A DNA stretch of 64,000 nt, from the NCBI GenBank assembly GCA_050633245.1, contig JBOEGD010000001.1, forward strand, positions 128,001 to 192,000, written 5' to 3'. Below are positions 1 through 8,135 of the stretch, piece by piece. Both the position numbers and the translations under genes were made by a program. How positions within the stretch are numbered: position 1 is the stretch's first letter; each line of letters opens with the position of its first letter. The notes beneath the pieces are model-generated. The model saw only the letters and a list, made by a program, of their open reading frames with translations, ran no database searches and was not told the DNA's origin. The DNA comes from Calditrichia bacterium. Lineage in GTDB: Bacteria > Calditrichota > Calditrichia > RBG-13-44-9 > J075.

Positions 1-2
1 AC

Positions 3-122
3 TTACAGGCTTCGCTGGAAGGCTGGGTTCTGTTGCGTTTGAAAATTGGACAAATCTTACCGCAAGTTCGTGGTGTCAATCTAAATCAGGAGCCGATCTA
101 TGAATACGACTATAGCATGTAA
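3..122 (+). CDS. HicB-like antitoxin, C-terminal part (5'-truncated by window edge)
   Basis: Not in the ORF track. Frame from nt 3 reads LQASLEGWVLLRLKIGQILPQVRGVNLNQEPIYEYDYSM* (TAA 120-122). This resembles the HicB 'L..TLE.W....L..G..LP.I.G.DLN' C-terminus, and it overlaps the start of the downstream HicA-like ORF. Confidence 0.65.
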   Translation, partial: LQASLEGWVLLRLKIGQILPQVRGVNLNQEPIYEYDYSM

Positions 123-315
123 CCACGACGAATTATTGACAAAGCTGGCTGAGCTGAATTTTCATGGACCGGTAAAGATTGCCGGGCAGGAATTTATGAT
201 TTATCATGGGCAGGCATTAGCGATTCCTGCACAAAATGAGTTTACTCTTCACCAGTTTCGCATGATTCTTCGCGAGGTCGATGGACTGATTAGTAAGGAA
301 GAATGGCAGAATTAG
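100..315 (+). CDS. HicA-like toxin (dsRBD-like fold), divergent
   Basis: 71 aa; pattern C....L..KL.EL.F.GP......FMIY....LAIP...E.T..Q.RM.LREV......EEW recalls the HicA subfamily encoded downstream of hicB; overlaps the hicB-like ORF. Confidence 0.6.
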   Translation: MNTTIACNHDELLTKLAELNFHGPVKIAGQEFMIYHGQALAIPAQNEFTLHQFRMILREVDGLISKEEWQN

Positions 316-577
316 GCACTTTGCCTGCTGAATTGGTCATAATACGCGCGATTTTGTGACAAAAAGCAATAAACTGAGAATTTGAAAAATAAACCCTTTA
401 GGAATTCACATACCAGCCGTTAATGCACTTAAAGAAAACAACCTAATTTTTATTAAACGTATTACAGAACGCCGGAATTGTCAACAATCAAGCGATTATT
501 GAACGACTTTCTGGATCGAGTTTCTTACTGCATTTCTAAGGACGATGACTCTGGCCGTTAGTAAAGGGGACTATGCT

Positions 578-1051
578 ATGGAACAGGTGTATCCAACTAT
601 TGGAAGTATTTCACGTCAAATGCTAAGCAATTTTACCGTGCGTGAACGAGGCGACGGTGAGCGCTTTTGGGATTTACGTGAAGACATCGATTGGCAGCAC
701 AGTATTGTGATGGATGCATACGGAAGACGAATGTTATCGCCTGAAGCATACGCTACCGTCGTAAAGCTGCTGGTGGAAATTTATGTTGCCGGTAATTCCG
801 AAGAAGCCCGGGAGTTCTTAAATGATATTGAGCCGTATCGCGAAATAGAAGAATTAACCGGCTGGCTTCATGCCTCAGATTCCAATATTGACTATCTAAC
901 GCGCGTTTTGCAACATCGCACGTATGCCGATGCTGAAGAGGCTTTAGCCGAGGCTCATAAATTGTTTCTTCAGGAGGTTGGAAAAAGCCTGATCGCATCA
1001 ATTGAGGAACACGTGAATGAGCTCTGTCTTTCTACAACGTCAGTAAACTGA
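578..1051 (+). CDS. Acidic hypothetical protein, phage-like (possible Ocr-like fold)
   Basis: ORF 545-1051; the ATG at 578 follows AGGGGA. About 29 D/E versus 14 K/R; looks helical. Function not established. Confidence 0.6.
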   Translation: MEQVYPTIGSISRQMLSNFTVRERGDGERFWDLREDIDWQHSIVMDAYGRRMLSPEAYATVVKLLVEIYVAGNSEEAREFLNDIEPYREIEELTGWLHASDSNIDYLTRVLQHRTYADAEEALAEAHKLFLQEVGKSLIASIEEHVNELCLSTTSVN

Positions 1052-1076
1052 TCTAAACACAAAATATCATTTGGTT

Positions 1077-1224
1077 TCGAGCCGTTATAGACCGCCCCTG
1101 TGGTCTGGCCCCTGCGGAGAGGGAGGCTTCCTGCACGTCTACGCTTACGGAAAATGAATGAGCTTCCATGTCTTATTGAACGCCTACGGAAACGCAACAT
1201 GTGAAGCAGCAGGTTACGGCCTCG
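1077..1224. ncRNA. Candidate structured RNA (multi-stem junction)
   Basis: Terminal stem TCGAGCCGT/ACGGCCTCGA; internal stems AGACC/GGTCT, CCCT/AGGG, CCTGC/GCAGG, GCTTC-CATGT/ACATG-T-GAAGC; motif ACGCYTACGGAAA occurs twice in loops. Confidence 0.4.
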
Positions 1225-1253
1225 ATTTGCAATTTGATAGTTTGATATATATA

Positions 1254-1283
1254 AGCAACGTCCCGCCTAGGCGGGACGTTGCT
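1254..1283. repeat. Perfect 30-bp palindrome (hairpin; terminator- or REP-like)
   Basis: AGCAACGTCCCGCCT-AGGCGGGACGTTGCT is its own reverse complement and has AT-rich flanks. Confidence 0.85.
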
Positions 1284-1345
1284 ATATGAGGGATTGATGT
1301 GTGTGCATTAATGTAGACATGTCACATCTTAAAAAGTCACATTCT

Positions 1346-1369
1346 GTTCATCGTTCACCGTTCACCGTT
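1346..1369. repeat. Heptamer tandem repeat (GTTCAYC x3)
   Basis: gttcatc gttcacc gttcacc gtt. Confidence 0.7.
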
Positions 1370-1501
1370 TTTACTCGTATTAAAGTTTTGACCTTCCCGT
1401 GATAAATCCACAACATTTATTGTTTATCCTTCTTTCGAAGACTATGTGAACACTTTGAAACTAAAACGTTCAGGTCCATACCCCTGATGAATTAGATGAT
1501 T

Positions 1502-1627
1502 TCTGATCGGAACCGTCGATCTCGACTTTACAGTGAACCCCCAAGCAGAAGGTAGTGTCAGATCGCTTTCTGTCCCCTAAAAGCCTCTAAAATCCCCCCT
1601 TAGAGGTCGACGGTTTTTTCGATCGGA
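1502..1627 (+). ncRNA. Candidate rod-shaped RNA with central bubble (6S-like?)
   Basis: Stems TCTGATCG/CGATCGGA and AACCGTCGATCTC/GAGGTCGACGGTT close a large internal loop; apical stem GCAGAAGG/CTTTCTGT; G-U pairs favour the + strand; alternative hairpin CCTCTAA/TTAGAGG. Confidence 0.4.
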
Positions 1628-1643
1628 TTGAGTGGAAACCTGC

Positions 1644-2192
1644 CTACTTATTTCTCAAGAATAAACTGATTCCAATTTGCAAACGATGTTCAGTGAAGTT
1701 TTGGATGGGGTCATCCAGAATACGCTGTAGATGATACTCTGCGAAAAACGCTGCTTTGTTGCCAACTAAGACGTGCAGGCCTGGCATAAGACCCATTGAA
1801 TAGCGGCTTAACCAGAAGCTGCCGAGCTTTTCCTGACGAAGCCCGCCGGTTGCAGTTAGGCGAAGGTAGATTGGTGAATCGGGAAGGTCTTTGTATGCGC
1901 CAAGAAGCAATCTATTATCGAAGCGTGTAAATGATCGGGTATTGCTTATGGCGCTCTCCAGTCCGAAGCTTAAAAGCTGCGGCCCGGCAGAAAAGAAATA
2001 GTTGCTGCGAACCCCGAACGATAAATCGCGATTTCCGCTGGTATAAGTGAAGGAACCTTGTGCTGCAAGTTCAATTGATCCGGCATGAATGTGCGGAGTA
2101 TTTGAGTGCTGCGCAATTGTGAAAGTACTTAGCAATACTGTAAGCGCGAGGACGAAGCGAATCTTGCTGTTTCTGGAGGTTCTTTGCATCAT
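1644..2192 (-). CDS. Small outer-membrane beta-barrel protein
   Basis: Likely start ATG 2192 overlapping the GH113 stop (ATGA). Signal peptide, alternating beta-strand pattern, C-terminal strand LQIGISLFL. Confidence 0.65.
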   Translation of the reverse strand: MMQRTSRNSKIRFVLALTVLLSTFTIAQHSNTPHIHAGSIELAAQGSFTYTSGNRDLSFGVRSNYFFSAGPQLLSFGLESAISNTRSFTRFDNRLLLGAYKDLPDSPIYLRLTATGGLRQEKLGSFWLSRYSMGLMPGLHVLVGNKAAFFAEYHLQRILDDPIQNFTEHRLQIGISLFLRNK

Positions 2193-3307
2193 TGCGTAGT
2201 CCATGCTTCCTGCAGGACAGTATGTGCCGGTTTGCCGATAGGCGTATAGTCGAGGTCTCCATTGCCACCGCCACCGGCAGCAAGCCAATTCCACCAGATA
2301 ATGCCTTCGATCGCATCACTGCTGTTGACGCTTTCCAGCGCCGCCCAGTAAAGATCTTCCTGTTCTGCAGGGTCGTACGGGCCTCTGGTTGTAAAGTCTT
2401 GTGGACGCATGCCGGCGCCATCTATGCTGCGGTAGCCAATTTCGGTAAGGATAAGCGGCTTGCCGGTATCAGAGCGAAAGCGCTCCAGCCAAGACAGCCA
2501 GTGCTGCCATTCGGCAAGCAGTTCGAAGCGGGTTGCTTCGCTGCGTGGAGATATAGGAGCATAAAAATTGACACCGGTATAGTCCAGTTTGTTCCAGAAT
2601 GGCACCTGTCCGGCGGCATCCCAGGTTGCTGCGTAAGTTATTTCCCCACTAAAGCGTTGTCTGACTTCAGCAATTAACGCGCGCCATTCATCTTCCATAT
2701 AAAGCATGCTGCTGAGTTCATTCCCGATGATCAGCATGTCGGCATTTGCGGTTTCCGCGGCATCGGCCAGCAGCATTACGAAATTGTGGTAGGATGTCAT
2801 CCAGGCCTTTGGGTCAGCAGGGCTAATCGTTGCGCTCCAGTCGCCGTTGTTTAGATTGACATGTGCCTTAAGAATGGTTTGCAGTCCGCGCGTTTTGGCC
2901 ACCGTCAGCAAGTTGCGCAGGGAAGCCATTGTTGGCGTGCGCGTATCTATTAGCACTTCACTCGAGCTATTTGCTGTCATATAAGATGTGCAGATCAAGG
3001 TTAGATGGGTCGCGCCGGAAGCTGAAATGGTATTCAGCTGGGCGGTCGCGCTGCTTTGCGAATATCCGGTAGAAGACCAAGTAACAAGCGTTATACCTCG
3101 GACATTCAGATTATCCTCGACAGGTTCGGAGCTTCCGGGAATGTCTGTGCAAGAAGACAGAATAAGAATCACAGAACACAGAACACAGAACACTGAACGG
3201 GCAACGGTGAACGGGCAACGGTGTGTAAACGCAGATAATGAGCTCAATTTTATGTTTGAAGATATACGATTCTTGTCTGCGGCGTTTTGGCGTTTCAGAT
3301 TTGTCAT
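2189..3307 (-). CDS. Glycoside hydrolase family 113-like lipoprotein
   Basis: Lipobox LSSC; motifs IGNEL, ITYAATWD, LILTEIGYRS, EQEDLY, WWNW. Confidence 0.8.
   Translation of the reverse strand: MTNLKRQNAADKNRISSNIKLSSLSAFTHRCPFTVARSVFCVLCSVILILSSCTDIPGSSEPVEDNLNVRGITLVTWSSTGYSQSSATAQLNTISASGATHLTLICTSYMTANSSSEVLIDTRTPTMASLRNLLTVAKTRGLQTILKAHVNLNNGDWSATISPADPKAWMTSYHNFVMLLADAAETANADMLIIGNELSSMLYMEDEWRALIAEVRQRFSGEITYAATWDAAGQVPFWNKLDYTGVNFYAPISPRSEATRFELLAEWQHWLSWLERFRSDTGKPLILTEIGYRSIDGAGMRPQDFTTRGPYDPAEQEDLYWAALESVNSSDAIEGIIWWNWLAAGGGGNGDLDYTPIGKPAHTVLQEAWTTQ
3171..3219. repeat. Seven heptamers (ACAGAAC x3, then variants) inside the GH113 signal-peptide coding region
   Basis: acagaac acagaac acagaac actgaac gggcaac ggtgaac gggcaac. 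Confidence 0.85.
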
Positions 3308-3446
3308 AGTATTCGAAAGCTTTCTGAATAGATGGGGCTGATATTATAGATAGTATTGTAACATTCTTTTTCAGTAAAATGTTCACAAAATGCTAATATA
3401 TTATAAATAAAAAGACAAATACTCGACTACCTGGGGGAGAATCGTA

Positions 3447-4625
3447 ATGAAAGCATTAAGCATGGCCTTTTGTCTGTTTTTTCAGATAGCTATTGCGCAG
3501 AGTATAGTGCAGCTCCCGGCTGAGCCTATTTTTCTTACCGAGAAATCGATCGTCTATACACAATTATCCTCTTATGGTCTTTCTGAATCAAAAACAGATA
3601 TATCGGCGCTATCGGGTGCTAATCCGGCCCTTATTGCCGGTTATAAACGTGCAGAAGTTAGCCTGGCTTATCAGTTTGATCTGGAAGATGAGATTCGCTC
3701 TGATCCCTTCGTCGGCCGCGGACTTATAGCACTCCCCCAGGGATTGACGATTGTATATCCGTTCAATTCTTTGGTTCTACTGGCTGGTTTTGATCAGCGC
3801 AGCAACGGTCAGATCGGCCCCTTGCCTATCACAACGAACACCGATCTTGACGGCAATGCTCAATCCGGAAAATATGTTAAAACACATGCTGTTTTAGCAG
3901 CAACTGCAGGTATTGGCTTCTCAACAGATCGTTTTGCCGGCACTGAGGGACGCTGGAACCTCGGCTTACGTATGAATGCCAACTATTTTCGTTTGAGGGA
4001 GGAATTTGGTCAACTGAACAGCAGTGCCGATGCTGTTTTCCCAAGCATACATACCGGAATTGAATTTCAGTGGGGAACAGAACGTAAGCCTGCATTTTCA
4101 GTTTCCTTATATGGCGATTTTAATCCGGAATTTACCTATACAAGGGATGTTGAGCTTCCGAGTGCCATGAGAACAGTTGATAGTCTGGGCAATAGAGACC
4201 AGGAGGTGATCGCCTTCCGGCAATCGGTAGAAGGCAAAATGCCCGATCGCTTCGGGCTGTCTGCGTTGCTTCAGCCTTGGAAACGTTACTCTATCTTTGC
4301 GGATGTAAATACGCTGAGAATTTCTGAAGTCGACTATACCTTTATTAGCTTTACAGACCGCCTGGATTTCGGCCTGGGTGCAATTGCGCAGCTTGCAGAC
4401 GATTTACATTTATCATCCGGTGTTTACAACAGCAGGGTCTCTTCCAAATCATCGGAAGTTCTCAGAAGCGAAAGCATAGATCTTCCCACACTCTTTTTAA
4501 GTCACGGGCTTGGAATAAAATATGGAAAGTTAAGCGGTAGCCTTGCCGTTTTATATAGTATGGATGCCGATTTTTTCACGAGAGATCGTTTTGAGATTAA
4601 GTCCGGGTTTTCTGTTGAGCTTTAG
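3447..4625 (+). CDS. Outer-membrane beta-barrel, FadL/OmpP1/PorV-like
   Basis: Signal peptide, N-terminal NPA motif (SGANPAL), amphipathic strands, C-terminal strand FEIKSGFSVEL. Confidence 0.6.
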   Translation: MKALSMAFCLFFQIAIAQSIVQLPAEPIFLTEKSIVYTQLSSYGLSESKTDISALSGANPALIAGYKRAEVSLAYQFDLEDEIRSDPFVGRGLIALPQGLTIVYPFNSLVLLAGFDQRSNGQIGPLPITTNTDLDGNAQSGKYVKTHAVLAATAGIGFSTDRFAGTEGRWNLGLRMNANYFRLREEFGQLNSSADAVFPSIHTGIEFQWGTERKPAFSVSLYGDFNPEFTYTRDVELPSAMRTVDSLGNRDQEVIAFRQSVEGKMPDRFGLSALLQPWKRYSIFADVNTLRISEVDYTFISFTDRLDFGLGAIAQLADDLHLSSGVYNSRVSSKSSEVLRSESIDLPTLFLSHGLGIKYGKLSGSLAVLYSMDADFFTRDRFEIKSGFSVEL

Positions 4626-4789
4626 TCTCCCTTTATTCGCTGCCAGCTTCCTCATTCACCCACGACGAAAGTCATAGGCTCATTCTACTGTCCGCTGCCT
4701 GCTGTCTGCTCTCTTCTTTTCTCCTTGACTTAACCACCCTTTCTGCCAAAATTCAAAGCTTACTCTAAAATATAACAGGATGTGTGTTT

Positions 4790-6079
4790 ATGAGCGGAAG
4801 TCGTTTTGGAGAAGCATATCGCGTAATGACGTTCGGCGAAAGCCACGGCCCGTTTATCGGGGTGGTTATTGATGGTATTCAACCCGGTATCGAGATTGAT
4901 GAAGAGGCGATTCAGTTTCAATTAAATCGCCGTAAGCCCGGTCAGAGCGATGTGGTTACGCCTCGTAAAGAAGAAGACAAAGTGCAGATTGTCAGCGGTG
5001 TTTTTGAAGGGAAAACAACCGGCACGCCGATCTGTATGTTGATAAAAAACAAGGATCAACGATCCCGCGATTACGGCAATATCGTTAAACTGTTTCGCCC
5101 TGGACATGCCTCATATACATTTTTGCAAAAGTATGGCGTTTTCGATTATCGCGGCGGTGGCCGGGCCAGTGGAAGAGAAACCGCCACCCGGGTAGCATCC
5201 GGCGCCCTTGCCCGCCAACTGTTGGAAGCACGCGGCGTGGAAATTTATGGTTACACTCGGCGCGTTGGCGATATTGAGATTGAACAAGTTGACTTCGATG
5301 TCATCGAAAAGAATCCGGTGCGCGCTGCCGACCCCGGGGCGGCAGAAAAAATGGCGGAGCTAATTCGCGCTGCCCGCGATGAAGGTGACTCTATTGGTGG
5401 AGTGGTAGAAGTTGTGGTGCGAAACTGCCCGCCCGGGCTTGGAGAACCGGTTTTCAACAAGTTACAGGCCGATCTGGCCGGCGCCTTAATGTCTATTGGT
5501 GCAATTAAGGCTTTCGAGATGGGTAGTGGATTTGATACTGCCGGTTTAAAAGGAAGTGATAACAATGACGAGTTTTACTATAGTGAAGACTCGGAAGCGT
5601 TCAAGACGCGTACCAATAATGCCGGAGGCGTTTTAGGCGGAATCAGTAATGGCGAAGATTTGGTTATGCGAATAACCGTTAAACCACCGTCATCAATATC
5701 GAAAACACAAACGACCTCAGACCACGATGGCAAAGATGTGGAGTTCAGTATCGGTGGCCGTCACGATCCCTGTATTTGTCCACGTGTTGTGCCGGTAGCC
5801 GAAGCGATGGTTGCACTGGTATTGCTGGATCATCTGTTGATGCAGGAGCGGCTTACCAATGAGGGGGCAGCTGAGGTTGCTGAAGATAAGCTTGCAACAA
5901 TCGACCAGCAGATTTTGCTGTTGCTTGCTCAACGTCAACGGTTACAGAAGGAGCATGCTTCGTCTGCATCCGGTAAGGATGCAACTATTGAGCAGCTTGA
6001 GAAGCAATCTGAAGGACTGGATTTGCCCAATGAATTATTGAGCAAGCTTGCAGACGTACTGAGTGAAACAAAAAAATAA
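4790..6079 (+). CDS. aroC: Chorismate synthase with C-terminal chorismate-mutase-like extension
   Basis: TFGESHG, RPGHA, GGGRASGRET, GGVLGGISNG, GRHDPC motifs; about 75 extra C-terminal residues. ATG 4790 preferred over GTG 4784. Confidence 0.95.
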   Translation: MSGSRFGEAYRVMTFGESHGPFIGVVIDGIQPGIEIDEEAIQFQLNRRKPGQSDVVTPRKEEDKVQIVSGVFEGKTTGTPICMLIKNKDQRSRDYGNIVKLFRPGHASYTFLQKYGVFDYRGGGRASGRETATRVASGALARQLLEARGVEIYGYTRRVGDIEIEQVDFDVIEKNPVRAADPGAAEKMAELIRAARDEGDSIGGVVEVVVRNCPPGLGEPVFNKLQADLAGALMSIGAIKAFEMGSGFDTAGLKGSDNNDEFYYSEDSEAFKTRTNNAGGVLGGISNGEDLVMRITVKPPSSISKTQTTSDHDGKDVEFSIGGRHDPCICPRVVPVAEAMVALVLLDHLLMQERLTNEGAAEVAEDKLATIDQQILLLLAQRQRLQKEHASSASGKDATIEQLEKQSEGLDLPNELLSKLADVLSETKK

Positions 6080-6132
6080 CTATTTTGAGAGAATATGTAG
6101 CCAAGTATCATCTTTATAGGAAACAGCACATT

Positions 6133-6729
6133 CTAAATTCCGGATGCTTTTCGAAAAATATGCAGAATAAGCCGACGGTTTTCAAAGAAGTAAATAGCTC
6201 CGGAAATTAGTGTTAGTAAGGTAATGAGTGACATACACAGGCCAATGGGGTCAAAATAGTCGGCCTGATAAGGTGTTGTTGACTGCCAGAAAAAGTTGCG
6301 TGCGTTTATATAGGCCAATATCAGCATGATCGTAAACATTTGCAGTGCGGTTTTCCATTTGGCGAGGATGTGAGTTATAACGGGGCTGCCGATCGCGAGA
6401 GCGTAGATTCGAACAGCGGTGATAACAAAGTCCCTAATAATAATAATCACAATCATCCACCAGAATACATAGCCAAGCATCGCGTACACGATAAAGGCTG
6501 ATGCAACGAGAATTTTATCAGCCAGCGGATCCATAAACTGTCCCCAACGGGTAATTACGCCAAACTTGCGTGCATGCCAACCATCGTACCAATCTGTAAA
6601 GGCGGCAATCAGAAAAACAATAGAACCTGCAAGTTGAGTTTTTGGGATGTCCGACAGAATGAGAGAAATGAATACAGGCGTAAGCAGTATGCGGAGTAAG
6701 GTAAGTTGGTTGGGAATTGTTAGATGCAT
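6133..6729 (-). CDS. pgsA: CDP-diacylglycerol--glycerol-3-phosphate 3-phosphatidyltransferase
   Basis: TIPNQLTLLRI; D.YDG..AR......WG.FMDPLADK CDP-alcohol phosphatidyltransferase motif; KWKTALQM. Confidence 0.9.
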   Translation of the reverse strand: MHLTIPNQLTLLRILLTPVFISLILSDIPKTQLAGSIVFLIAAFTDWYDGWHARKFGVITRWGQFMDPLADKILVASAFIVYAMLGYVFWWMIVIIIIRDFVITAVRIYALAIGSPVITHILAKWKTALQMFTIMLILAYINARNFFWQSTTPYQADYFDPIGLCMSLITLLTLISGAIYFFENRRLILHIFRKASGI

Positions 6730-7116
6730 GACTCTCACGGTTTCTTTTGATTCGAATCGAATTTAACGTGCTATGTCATGAGAGCGAAGCAGTTTTTCAA
6801 TTGAACTGAGATGCATTTCGGTCAGAATTGACGGGGCGCAACGCATGTAATGCAGATAATCACCAAATTCTGACTAAATATCCGGTGAATACACTCGAAA
6901 ATTAAATTAGAGAAGATGTAAAAGTGGGCAAATATTGAAAAATGACTGCCTTTTTTTCTGTGAGTTGAGTCATAAGAAAGATATTGCGGTCGTCTATATT
7001 CAGGCTCGTATGCGTGATTTCCTAGGGCGTATACGTGATTGACCTGGCGGAGCTGCATTTAACCGGTATTACTGCAAACACTTTTACATCTGGACATCTA
7101 AATTCGAAACAGGGAT

Positions 7117-8133
7117 ATGTTACAAACGAATACTTCCGGTAGAACGACTGTGGCAAAACAAGAATCCTCTCCAAACGGTAATCTCGCCATTCTGGGCGTA
7201 AACCGTATTGCGGAAAAATTGTATGCCAAAATGAAAGACGCCAATCCTTTCGATAGGGAAATCGTAGGATTTATCTCGATTGATTCTAGTAAGACCGAAC
7301 CGAACGGCCTGGCAAGTGCTCAGAACATTCTGGGCAATATCGACGATCTCTCGGCGATTGTGAAATCTAATGGCATCGATAAAGTGGTGCTTGCCGTAGA
7401 TCCTAACGATAAACACACGCTTCACGAAGTTATTCAAGCCTGTGAAGCAATCCAATTAAGCTATGAAGCATTGCCTTCATCCTACGACATCAGCTATGAA
7501 GATGAGTCCACGGAAGAATCGCAGATTGTAGAGAGCATTGATGGGCAGAAAGACTTGTGGTTTCAGCGCATTGTTGACCTGATTGTCAGCACGTCTATGT
7601 TTCTGCTCTTCCTGCCATCCTATGTTTTTGTGGCGCTCGCCATCAAGCTCGAATCGAAGGGCAATGTCCTTTATTCACAGGAGCGGGTTGGTAAAAACGG
7701 CAAGATCTTCAAGATATACAAGTTTCGCAGTATGTATATCGATGCCGAAGCACGCGGACCGCAGTTGGCTACAAAACGTGACCCACGAATAACCAGTATC
7801 GGACGCATCCTGCGGAAAACCCGCATCGATGAGCTGCCGCAGCTGGTTAACGTCATCCGGGGCGACATGAGTCTGATAGGCCCACGTCCCGAGCGTCCTT
7901 ACTTCGTGGAAAAATACAGTAAGGAAATTCCCAACTATAAGCAGCGTTTGGCTGTTAAGCCGGGGCTGACTGGTTGGGCGCAGGTAACGGTAGGATATGA
8001 TGAGTCGCTTGATGATGTAAAAGAGAAGGTTCGCAAGGATCTCCATTATATCCAAAACCGATCATCGGTGAAACTCTATTTCCAAATTGTAATAAAAACT
8101 ATCTGGGTCGTTGTAACGGCCAGTGGACAATAA
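7117..8133 (+). CDS. Priming polyprenyl-phosphate sugar transferase (WcaJ-like, lacks N-terminal TM bundle)
   Basis: Rossmann-like N-terminal part plus Bac_transf motifs YKFRSM, RIDELPQL, GDMSLIGPRPERP, KPGLTGWAQV. Confidence 0.92.
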   Translation: MLQTNTSGRTTVAKQESSPNGNLAILGVNRIAEKLYAKMKDANPFDREIVGFISIDSSKTEPNGLASAQNILGNIDDLSAIVKSNGIDKVVLAVDPNDKHTLHEVIQACEAIQLSYEALPSSYDISYEDESTEESQIVESIDGQKDLWFQRIVDLIVSTSMFLLFLPSYVFVALAIKLESKGNVLYSQERVGKNGKIFKIYKFRSMYIDAEARGPQLATKRDPRITSIGRILRKTRIDELPQLVNVIRGDMSLIGPRPERPYFVEKYSKEIPNYKQRLAVKPGLTGWAQVTVGYDESLDDVKEKVRKDLHYIQNRSSVKLYFQIVIKTIWVVVTASGQ

Positions 8134-8135
8134 GA

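Noticed and set aside
1455-1520. Hammerhead ribozyme (CTGATGA at 1484, GAAAC upstream)
   Set aside because: Stem I cannot form, and the core after the putative stem II reads GGAA rather than GAAA.
1-1643. Retron or prophage at the left end
   Set aside because: No reverse transcriptase, integrase or structural phage genes in the window; sequence upstream of nt 1 cannot be seen.
3334-3350. tmRNA 5' end (GGGGCTGAT)
   Set aside because: The match stops after 9 nt; there is no GGATTCGAC and no 3' acceptor arm.
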